DNA of 63,747 nt, filler included, from Klebsormidium nitens (taxonomy: Eukaryota; Plantae; Klebsormidiophyceae), in assembly GCA_000708835.1 (NCBI GenBank). It is 6 parts of 6 records of this genome, joined end to end, with 100 filler letters (N's around TTAATTAATTAA, not from the genome) between each part and the next. Parts side by side here need not be neighbours in the genome. Positions count along the whole stretch, not along the records: positions 47,326 to 59,350 come from DF237619.1; 5 more parts are not named here. One strand, 5' to 3'. The translations under genes and the position numbers were made by a program. This document shows positions 47,929 through 59,450 of this stretch, piece after piece (position 1 is the first letter of the stretch; each line of letters opens with the position of its first letter). The notes below the pieces were generated by a model. That model saw only the letters and a list, made by a program, of their open reading frames with translations, made no database searches and was not told the DNA's origin.

Positions 47929-50900
47929 ATGAAGAAAGGACCGTATGCCGGCGATGTCTCCGCTCTGGCCCTTTTGTCCTGGCCGGAGGAAGGTCCACAC
48001 AACCGATCGGACAATGGCGGGTTGAATGAGGCGGAGGCCTCTGCATTCGAGTGCGACAAGAGGACACGGCCTACGCTGCTCGTTGGTAAGTGCTCGTTCA
48101 GCCATCACTCAATATGCTGATCACAGTCGCCATTCCTGTTTGACATCTTTATGGAATCTCCAGTCCTTTCTTGCGCTCTGTTTCAGCCCTTGCTTTCTCC
48201 TAACGCACTAGCTTTCATTCATTAAACGCTGGACATTGAGCTCATTTCCTTCGTGTGCAAAGCATCAGGCTCTTCACCTCCTTACTACCTTCATTGGACA
48301 ACCTTCTCGTCCTTCTTGCTGCACTCTGCTTGCATTAAATACCTTCTTTATTCCACACGCAAGATGGACTCTGTGTCTATCTTACTGCAGGGATGGGGTC
48401 CCAGCTGCTGTGGTACGACCTCCTGTCAAGCCAGCTCCTTCTGAACCAGTCAGTCCTGGACGGAGTAAGAGTGCACGGCATTCACACCGGCAGCAGTCAC
48501 ACCACCTCACCATCGGCTCCGCCCCTCTCCCTTCCCATTCAGTCAGCCACCAGAAGTCCCTCCACAGATTTCCTTCACATTCAAACAGCTGGCTCTGCCA
48601 TACCACCCCTTTCAGAACTTCGAACAGAGACACTCAGCCCCCCATTGTCCATCCAGCAACGAAAAGATGCAGCCAGGGCTCTTTTGGCCGTGTTTGGCGA
48701 GAAGCGCGTGAAAGTCCTGGAGGTTTGGGGGAGTGCTTTCACCCAGGATTGTGGGGGAGTAGCTGGTGTAGACGTCCTCAGGGTGCTGCCGCGGTTCTCA
48801 AGCTGGGTGTTTGACGCTAAGCTGCTCCCGCTCGAGGTGAAGTGCTGACTCGTTGGACGGTTTGCTGAAATTGAGCTGGTTGTTCCCTCTGCTTTGGAGG
48901 ACCAGGAGGAGCACAGAAAAGCGATTGTCACTCCCATGCATCTATCGCTTCATGAACTGGATCCTGTCTGTTGTCTTACTTCATTCACAAAGCTTTGATC
49001 TTTTGGAGGCTGTTACGGCTTTGTCCTGCCGATTGGTCCATGAGATATCCATTTTCTGCTTGCCATGCAACCCTGCCCGAACTGCCGTAAGCGTCCGTTC
49101 AGTTGCGGAGCTGGCGCGCTTATCCAGATTGCAACTTTCTCAAGTTCGAATGCACACCTCAACATTGGCCCTCGTTGTCTCTATTCAACACTAAAAATCT
49201 CTTGTCCCTTTGCAGTCCAGCCCAACCGGCCTGCTTGCCGTGGGCCTTGGCAACAACTCCGTCCGGCTGTGGGACTGGCGAACATCCATTGAGCTGCGGA
49301 CCGTTGCTTGCACATCGGAGTGCCTGCTCTACTCCATGGCGCTACATGGGGACTCGCTCGCTGACCTGGCGGTTGTGGCTGGGACGATCTACAACGAGGT
49401 GAGGGCCCCCGTTTTCCCCTCGAAAACATCTGCAAAACTGGTAACAGAGAGGTGCAGGCAGGCAAGTGCTGATCTCATCGAAAACGGGCTAAGGAGTTCG
49501 GCTAATGGATACATGGTCCCCCCTGGAGCGAGGTCTGTACGCCCTTTGCCCAGGTATCTTCTCCGAACCTTGTGATTCGGGATAGACCTTCAGATGTGCA
49601 GAGTGGCTCTCGTTGTTAAATGCCTCCCAGCGGCTGATCATCCGCTCTTCTGATGCTCTTGTGAAAGTCCAGTTTCAATTGCTACGAGGCGGGGACCTGA
49701 AAAGCACACCAGCTTCGTTTTTTCCTTGTCAGCAAGCAACGGAAAGAGGCAAGGGAAATTGACCGTCCCACCAATCTACGAAATTCTCGAAAAGGGAGTG
49801 AGAAAACGCGGCTCTTTGTCAGCCTACAATCAGAACAGGATCATTGAATGAGCACGGAGCTAACCACAAACTACATTGCATGTCAGGTCCTGGTCTGGAA
49901 AGTTGACTCGCCCAACACCCAGGGGTGTGAAAAAGCGTTGTCAACTTCATCCCCGCCCCCTTCTACCTCACGAGCCGAGCCGATTCACACTCTGCGGGGC
50001 CACGAAGGCTCCATCCACCGGGTTTGCTGGTCGCCCGATGGTTCCAAAGTGATGTCCGTTTCGGACGACCGTAGCGCCCGGGTTTGGAACCTGGCCCCCG
50101 GTCAGCCTGGAGCGGAAGCCACTGCTGGACCGGTTCTCTATGGGCACACTGCACGGATCTGGGACTGTCTCGTCCACGATCGGGTACGGCCCTTGCAAAG
50201 AATTTCTGTTTCCTTTTTTATGGAGAACTTCCGCCGTTTGTGATCGCCCACCGAGCAGCGTCCAACATGGATCATCCTCTGGACAGGACTCGCGTCTTCT
50301 GAATCCATTATTTTTGCTTGTTTGAATCTTGAACCCTTATGAAAATACAACAGTCTCGTATCATGCCATCTCATCCAGTCGTCAGGTCTGGCTCGACTTG
50401 CTTCACCGTTCTTTGTAATTAGCCCGCAAGTCGCGGGTTGAGTGAAACCCCACAAGGGTCCTTACGATGTCGGTGGACCCTTTGAGCCATTTAGATTGCT
50501 TAGAGCCCCAATCTTTCCTGGTCAGTGTTGGAAATAAAGTACCCCAGCGCCTCGCGTTACTTCAACATGCAGCGGATTTGACACGTGGCCTGTGGTCTGT
50601 GTGGGGCTTGGCTAGAGAACCAGTAGGATCCCGCTCGAGGTTCGTTGCCACTTTATGCTACACTATAGGCTTCGCCCCGACTACGAATGGTCGACCTGGG
50701 GCACTTTATTATCAGCACCCAGCGAGGACCATACCAGCTGCATCTGAACGCCTTTTTGCGTGAGTTCCCCTCGACACAAACTTTAAGGTTGCTCAAGAGT
50801 CCGCTGCTCCCTCACCTAAAAGTATTCCGTTCTGTGACAGTTCATTGTGACCGCCAGCGAGGACTGCACATGCCGCATCTGGACCCCCGACGGCGCGCTC

Positions 50901-53900
50901 GCGTCCGTCGTCCGCGGCCACACGGGCCGCGGGATTTGGAGGGTTGTCTTCGAGCCGCGGCTCTGCGCGCTCGTGACGGGGGGGGCTGATTCCGCGGTCA
51001 AGCTACACCCCCTGAGCGACACTTTGGGCGGATTAGGGAATACGGAGAATGGGAGTGCGGCAGAGGAAAGTTTCGTGCTTCGGAATGGGCCGGAAAGTTT
51101 GGTGAAGACTGGGGGAGGCAAGAAAGAGATCACGAGGTGGGTTTGACTTACTGCGCCGCGTTGAGATGCGAAAACTTGTTGTTCAAGGCCAAATCAGCGA
51201 AGAATGGATTGTTCTGGCGCGAGTGCTGTCCGGAGCGGGAGGTATGTGATAGGCCGATGGAAGCGGCTTGTACTCCCAAGCGCCCTTCTACTTTGCTTTT
51301 GATTAGGCACTGCTTTTTGATATGTGCTTTTCAAGGCATGTCAGCGGCCTTTTCGACTTTTTATGTATCTTAGCAGAGAAAAAGAAGGTATCATTACTCT
51401 GCACAGCTGTGCGAAAAGTCGAACGGTTGACAAATTTGAGGAAGGTTTCTCCGAGAGTGTTAGTCCAATCAAAGCCGTGCAGAAGTCGGCTACAAAAGAC
51501 CCAGACGGCATATTCTACTTCGCTTCACCTGTGCAGCAAGAGCGAGTTCGTACGGTGTCTAGCCGTCGTCGGCCCCAACTGCGTCTACGTGGCGACGAAC
51601 CGGGGCTACCTGTACAGAGTCGACCTGGACGGGGATCGCGACACGTGGCATCCGCTGATCGATCCAGAGAAGGAGCCGGGGGGCCCGATCGTCTCCCTTG
51701 CCGTTCGCGTGCAGCGGCACAACGCCGAAGCGACGGTCGGGGCGACCAGCGAAGGGGAGGTTGGCGGGGCCGAGTCGCTCTCGACTTCGGACAGTGTCAA
51801 CGGTTTGGAGTGCGCGCAGACGGGGTCCTGTAGGGCGACGAACAGCGCAGGCTTTGTAGGAGAAGGGTCGCCCTTTGTTAGTAAGAGAGGGAAACGGGAA
51901 GCAAGCGGAGGAGAGGTGCACAACATTCTCTGGGGGGACTACCGGGGCAGGGCAACTGCTGCCTACTATTCGTTTTCGGACGGGTTCGAAGCTCGGTCTA
52001 GTTCTCAGCGTGACGGTGGGAGCCTCCACTCAGCCTTGAATAGAGGGCACGACGCTTCGGACATTCGGACGGGACAGCAGATTCGGTCAGAGGCTGGCAG
52101 CGCGTCAGGTGCTGCTGACGAGAAACAAGAGACGGCAGAATTGGGAAGCGTATCTCAGAAGTCGGAGAGCGTTGGAGCATCGCAGCCGTCGACCGCCGAA
52201 ACGGACTCAGCGCGGAGGGAAGTGCAAGAGGTTCTGCGGATCGAGTGGCAGGCCCACGAGCTGCGGAACCTTTTAGGGGTCTTCTGGGCGGACTCGCTCG
52301 GGTACGAGTGCGCATTCACAACGAACGCGACCGGGGGGATCTCTTGGTGGCGGGTGGCAAGTGTGAATACGGGGGCGGGCGTGGGCGGGGCGGTGCTACT
52401 AGGCCGGTGCCAGTCGCCATTTTGGATCCGGGTGGTGTGCCTGATGGTGGATGAAGAACGAGAGGTGGGCGGATTTTACAATCCTTTTCTTCTTGCGCTT
52501 GCCTTCAGCGCAGGGAGGGCTTAGGAAGTTCCAGTATCTCAAAGCCTCTTGTTGTGAAACGTTTCAGAGGAGTGTTCTGAAACGTTGAGTGCCTGTCGCC
52601 TGCGCTCAATAAGCTCTGTGGTACGATTCGACAGGCAGCCTGGGCGTGCAACCCTTCTTTGAGGGGCAGTAGTCGTTTGGCCACCTGTGTTGTCTTTCCT
52701 GAAGTGTCCACTCACATCCTTCAACAGGCTGCTTCTCCGCGAGGACGTTGCAGACATCCTGCAAATGCATATTTGTATTTTGAGAGCTGACCTCGCGCTC
52801 TGTGCTGCCTCGTCCCATTGAGAACGCCACAATAGGCCGACCTGGCTCCCTCGAAGTTGATGCCTTGACAGCAGCCTCCAGGAAGAAACAGAAATGGACT
52901 GCAGTCTGACTATCCCGGTCGCTTTGTCAATACAGAACCTGCTGTGCGGAGACCAGAAGGGGAATCTCGCCGCCTTCGCCCTTCCGCCGCCCCTCGAGGG
53001 CGACCACGAAGCCTTAGACTTGCAGCTGACGGGCGCCCTGAAAGCCGCTCACGGCATTTCCGCCATTCCGCTGGTAACTTTTCCATCCGGAACGACGTCC
53101 GGAAGCAGAGACCGGACGGTCACGACCGTCGGACGCGACGGCTGCATCTGTACACACCTGCTGCAGCCGCCGCCGGAACTAGAGACGGGGAGAAAAGTGC
53201 ACGGCGGACCGCTCGCACCAGGGACAACGGCGGTGACCCATGGGGTGTTAGAGACTCAGAAGCTGAAAGAGGCATCCCTCGAAACGGGGGAGGCAGCGAC
53301 GGGGCGAGGCGAAATGTCTGTAGAGAACGAGAAAGTTGAGACCTTGGAAAGCACGAAGCTTTTGGGCGAACCCCTTAGCGACGGCGTCGAGATGAAGAGA
53401 GCCGGAGGCTTCGTTTCGGGGTCGATTCGGGAGCCTAAGCACAGCTCTGACGATGTAAAGATTAGTGCCCCGTTAACCCCGAACCGTAACGGGGTTAACG
53501 AGGCGACTACAGTCGAATCCACGGTTTGGCTGACCTGCACGCGAGTTGAGCGCGTCAGTGCAATCCCCTCCATAGAATGGACCGGCTTCTTCGGAACTGA
53601 CCCACCACTAACCCGCACGCTTCATCGATTGTCCCCGCTAGAAACAGCTCCAACCCAATATAGTCAGACTGTAACCCCTCAGATCAGCCAGCCCCTTCCT
53701 GAGCGCAGAAGGGGGTCTTCAGAGACGGTCATCAACCCGAGACGGTTAGCGGCCGGGTTTTCTGCAACCGAGTTCATTGTCTGGGACCTAGAGCAGCAGT
53801 CAGAGGTGATTAAGGTAACCTGCGGCGGCTGGCACCGCCCGCACAGCTTCTGGATCGGACGGCCGGGAGGGCGCCACGTCAGCACGTACTTTGCGTACGT

Positions 53901-56900
53901 AAAGGATGACGTCATCCACGTGTTTCGGAAGGGCTGCGTGGGGCCTTCAGAGTCGGCTTCCATTTCGCGGCAGGCAATTCCGGCCGAGGGTGCTGAGTCT
54001 GGATTGCTGAACCTGGCAGCAAATGTTGAGAGGGGCTCTGAGCTTTTGGCGAGCCCGAAGGGGCTGCAGTCCGCGTTTCACGGAAGGGAGCTTCACACAG
54101 CGAAGTTTCTACCCGGTCCAAGGGGCCCGGGCCGCTGCGTGGTGACCGGGGGAGAAGATGGGACGGTCCGAATCACCAGGTACGTTGACCTTTGCTGTTT
54201 GCGGGAGTTTGAGTTGGTTGTGTCTGTTTAGGAATTCTCCATTTGTCCTCTTACTGTTCTTTATGCCGCAACAATGTAGGAAAAGGGTCTCTGCCTTATC
54301 ATTCCTGAGTATTGGCCCATTGACGAATCAGACGGAGGTTGAAGGATTTCAAACGACACTTTGGGCTTCAGCATCGGTTCCGCTAACCCTCCAAAGATCA
54401 ACAAAAGCGAACGCTAAAATCACTGCCCAGCAGCTCCCATCCTGCAGATTCAACTTACAGCAGCAAGCCCACGAACATATAAAGGCTCAACTCAGGTGCA
54501 CACAGCTTTAAAACCCTATTCTTCGGGGAGGCGTCTTGAGCATCGCATAACAAAAGGTCTTAACTTTTCAGCATACTCGATCCAACATCGAACCGCTTTC
54601 TCTTGCCGCCCAGGTTCTTGGACACCAACGGGCGTCGGAGCCTCTCGTCAGCTGTCCTCGGCGAACACGTCCGAGGCGCAGCCATCCGGACCTGCGCCGT
54701 CGTCGCCCCTAGAAACAAAACCCTTCAGACCCCGAAAGCCAATCGTCGTTCACCGCCCACAAGCAGCGGCGCATCTAGGCTGGGCGGAGAAGAGTCAGGC
54801 GACCAGGGGGATCCCCCGGGGCCCTGTGTGGTGTTTACCGCTGGCGCGAAGGAAGTGCTGACAGCTTGGCTGCATGCATGGGAGCCGGAAACAGGGCCTT
54901 CTGCAAAAGGCCCTGTTTCGGGCGGACTCGCTGGGAACGGTTTATGCGAGGGGTCGGACGTGGGAGGCCCTGTAAGAGACCGCGGCGAAAGAGGTGTGAA
55001 ATTGGGGACGGCGGACAATGACAAAACAGGGCCTTCAGAGAGCCAAGGGGATGATGCCGGGGGCATTAACCGGAGTGGTGAAAGGTGGGCGCACTCTTGG
55101 CGGTGGCTGAGTACCCACGACGAGAGCCGAGAAGCGGTCGAAAACCGGGTTCGGACGGCGAACACTTCCAACACCCGAGCGCTGGAAGCGTCCGAAACCG
55201 GAGTGCAAGTGCGGGGCGTTTCTTCTGGTCCGGAGACCGAACCGCCGTCGTCTACGCCCTCCTCTTCGCCCGAGAACACAGTGCCTTCTGCGGACGCGTC
55301 GCCTGTGTCCGTACCCGCAGTGCCGTCATCGGACGGCCTCCTTGCACTCAGGACCGCATCGCCGTCATCGGACAGCTCCCGTGCGTCCAAAACCGGACTC
55401 CCTTCTCCGGACGCCTCCCAAGGGTCCGTAGAAGTGAACTCGTTACCAGACCGGAACGGTTCCGCCAACCCTCCCTCGACACCGAAAGCTTCGAACTCGA
55501 AAGCGGGGCCGCGGAGAAAGTGGGCGGAGAAGGACGACCAGCGGTACTTAGCAGTGACCGCGTTCTCCACCGGGAGCTTCGCTGACGGCAGCATGACGTG
55601 TTTCGTGGTGACGGCCAGCGCGGACTCCCGGCTCGTGCTCCGGGCGTTTCACCCGGCCTCCAGAACCTGGCACTTGCTCGCCCGGTTGGAACATCACAAG
55701 TGCCCGGTTCTCAGCCTGGACTGGGTTTCTCACCCCACGTCAACCCTCCTCCAGAGCACTGCCGACAAGTACCCGGCGCAGTCGACAGTTTTGAACTCCT
55801 CAAAAGACGCGCTAGGCTTCCCCTCAGACCCTTTATCGAACGGTCCTCAGAGCGGAAATGATAGGAAGACGAAAATCTGGAAGCTCTTCACACGGTCCGA
55901 GGAAGCTATCCTCGTCGTCAGCGGAGCAACGGACGGCAGCCTCGCGTTTTGGGACGTTTCCGAGCCCGTCCAGTCGTTCTGCTCCACGTGGCAGGAGCGT
56001 GTCGCGGCGGTTTCGGTTCGGGGGGGTAATTCCAGGCCGCCCACGGGGAGGGGCAGCGCGGGGGGCGGTGGCGTGCGGCGCTTGACGGGGCCGCGGATGT
56101 CGAAACGCCGGAAGACTAAGATGGCGAAAGCGGCGGCATCTGCTTTGGGGGGAAGAACAGATGGTACAATTGACGGCTTGGAGTTGGGCTTGGGTGAGAG
56201 CGAGACGGGAGGAGAGTTTGACACTGTTGATGGTGAGGAGGCTGTAAATGGGCTAGCCGAGGAGTCGCTGTGTCAAGAGGGAGGGGAGCGGAAAATTACA
56301 GACGGGTTCGGCGAGGATTCCGGCGAGCTGCCGGAAAGGTTAGAAGACGCAGAAGGGGGTTGTGTTGGGGGCAACGAAGCAGGCCACCGGACCCCCGGAA
56401 ACGGGGAGAGTGCGCTAGAGTTGGCCCCGACACCTGAAGCCCCAGTTACGAGTTCCAGCAGAGAGGCCCGTGAGGGTTTGAAGAGTCCCTCTCTTCCGGG
56501 GGGGTTGAGAAACGGTGCGGACAAGGGGGGTGCTGACGGTCCAGAAGTCCAGAGTTCGGCGCCCATTCACACAGTCGCGAGCTTGGCACCCGTGCTGATC
56601 GTAGATGGGGCGCACCAGTCCGGTGTGAACGGGCTTAGCGTGGCGGCTGTCAGTGCTGACGTGAGCGACGCCCCTGCTGACGTCAGAGGTTCTGGGCGGT
56701 ACGTTGCTGTGAGCGGAGGCGACGACCAAGCAATCCACACCGTTTATTTTTGGGTCGGTGTGAATGCGCACGGGGCGGTTGAGGTGCGGCTTGATGGCAA
56801 ACGGTCGCTGCCACTGGCGCACTCGTCCGCGGTAAAAGGTGGGTGCATTTTCTTCGTTGTTCTGAGACGCTCCGCGGGTAAAGGCTCTTCAGCTTACCTA

Positions 56901-58246
56901 TTCAAACGTCCCCTTTGATGTCAACCGTTCTTCACGACCCAAAGTCAAGTGGATTTTCATGATCTCGGGTTGTCAGGCCGTTTGCAAGTAGGCCAGACCG
57001 GCAACTGATGCAAATGAAGCTTGGTCTCACGCGGCGTCCGAGCGCCCACTCAGGGGCATCTATTGCGATACTCTGCTGATGTAATGTTCCCGGCGACCGC
57101 CAGATTGCGTTCGTGCGCCTTCGGGTCGCTCTCTCCTGTGATTGCAGACACCCACGCCCCCTTCTCTAGCCTTCCACCCCTTTGATGCGTAACCACAGTT
57201 CAATATTGAAAAGCTGGTCTTTCCGGGCGTAGCACTTGGTATCAAGGCCTTCGCGAAGCACCAGCGGATTGTTATTACGCCCTTAACTGCCCTCAAGCAA
57301 GACCACGCTCTTGGTCGTGCAGATATCTGGACCGACGGCTCGTACGCCTTCTCGACCGGGCTCGACCAGCGTCTGCGCTGCTGGCGGCTCGAGGCAGCAC
57401 GTTCCTCCCCCCAAAAGCGCCCTGCCACGTACCCCCCGGGAGCAGCGCCCGGGATTTCCCCGTCACCTTCATTGTCAAACGGCCATGGTCCGCACGGCTC
57501 TTCTGTGGACGGCAATCCTACTGACGGCTATTCGGACGGTCAACTTGTAGAGGTGTCTGCGTGCGTGACGGACGTGCCGGAAGCGGCCGCGCTTACAGTT
57601 GAACGAACTGCCAGGTGAGGAGCCATAGAGGAAGCAACAAAATTGTAGATTCTCCTGGATGCATACGCTACGTCTCAGAGTTGAGTGGAATCCGTCGCAG
57701 TGTCCGGTTGAACCGTGTGTGAAGCGGCAGTCCGGTCGGAGCAACGTTTACCGAAGCATGCGTTTGCTTGCTAGAACGATGGTATCGCTCGGTCCCCCCC
57801 TCAACATACTTGAAAGCAAAGCTCGCGCGTTCAATGCCTGATGCTTCTAGATTCCCCACGTATTGGGGCAGGCCAAAGTCTGCTACCTTTCATGTTGCGG
57901 TTGGACGGGGTAAAGGGGGAATGCGTGAGGAAACGTACGAGGGTAACATCAGAAAAAAAGAATCGACTTGATCAAGATCAAAAAAATAAGAGCAGAGAAA
58001 TGTAGGTGCAGTCACAGCCACAAACTCGGCACTCAAGGCTCCAGTACCATCGCTTCCCATCTGCACTCTGTACGCAAGGGCTTGCATCCCGCTTTTTCGT
58101 GTCCCTTGTAGATCAAGCGAAAGCCCCTTGAAGCTGTCAAATCTTTGTGCAGGGGGTCCTACGCTGTTGCCGTCGGTGGTCGGGGGTTACAATTCTTGGA
58201 GGTACATCTGCCACATCAAGAGAAAAGTCCAGCTCTGAGGACGTAG
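47929..58246 (+). CDS. WDR6: WDR6/Trm734-like WD40 protein (tRNA 2'-O-methyltransferase partner), about 2053 aa
   Basis: Exons 47929-48085, 48391-48836, 49216-49398, 49887-50183, 50841-51136, 51537-52464, 52936-54179, 54614-56838, 57323-57614, 58153-58246 (6162 nt, in frame). Motifs GVRVHGI, CLLYSM, GTIYNE, GHEGSIHRV, GHTARIWD, TASEDCTCRIW, GHTGRGIWR, CGGWHRPHSF, FHGRELH, HQSGVNGL, AHSSAVK, TGLDQRLRCW, VAVGGRGLQ. An alternative in-frame ATG lies at 47899. Confidence 0.9.
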
Positions 58247-59450
58247 CATATGACGCCATACGGAAGCCGGACCAGGGCCTGCATTTGCCACGTTTCAAAG
58301 TGCTGGATTATCAGCGACGCGGTCCAACGAGGCAACTGAACGCCCTTTTGAACAGTTGAGAAATTGCGTCGTCGCCCCCAGTCTGAGTGACTGCACTGCT
58401 TATTTTGTTGCCTAATGTGTCTGCCAACCGGTCTGTTTCATGCTCGTACTTCCAATCAATGTTGCGTCCAGAAGCACCGATAAGCCTCGCCGTGCCGTGA
58501 CCCCTGAGAACCCGCACATTGACAGGCTATGCATTAGGATAAGATGCCGGTCAACTGAAGTTGCGCCGACCTAGGAGGGCCCGAGATTGGGCCGATCAGC
58601 AGCACATGCATTGCGGCTCATCAACGTTTGAGCAACCATCTGTCCACATCGACATGACGACGTGACTCTGAATGAGCTTTGTAAGCTATTAGTCCGGTCG
58701 CGCCAGGCGCTGTGCAACTCTACTGACCATATAAACTCAGTGGTTATAAGTTTACGAAGAAACAACGGTCAGAGATCGGCAAAGCCTTAAAGACGAAGAT
58801 GGCAAAGAAGACCGTGTATGGTTGTCACCATGAGCGCTATATAACAGGATTTTGTGCAAGGTAGCCTCTGAGATCACTTACAGACGGTGCGAGAATCACG
58901 GTACAATCTCTATACACGACTCATATCGCCGGGCTGGAATGCAGTCGATCTGGCATGTGTAAATTACCGAGACAGTCTACAGCCGCCGAGCCGCGGAGTC
59001 AGCACAGCTTGATACGACCTGGCGGCCGCCACAGCTAGGCGGCCGGCCCGCGGGTCTCAGCGCCGGGTTTCGACGAGTCCGAGTCGACGACGTACAGGCA
59101 CCACAGCCGTCGGACACGTGTCCGTGCTGGGTTGGATCACTTCGATCAAGCCCTCTCCCGCCAAATCCTGCAAAGTGGATGATCCCCTCACTGTCAGTGT
59201 CAGGGCCCGAGCTGGCCGCTCTTCCGCTCTGCCGATTCTCGGTCTTGACTATGTTGACTAGACCGGTATTGGCTCCGAATCCTAGCCTCTTACTACTAGC
59301 ATGGAAAGAAGAGAAGAGGTGCATTGCTGAGTCTAGCTGGCGTTGCGGTTNNNNNNNNNNNNNNNNNNNNNNNNNNNNNNNNNNNNNNNNNNNNTTAATT
59401 AATTAANNNNNNNNNNNNNNNNNNNNNNNNNNNNNNNNNNNNNNNNNNNN

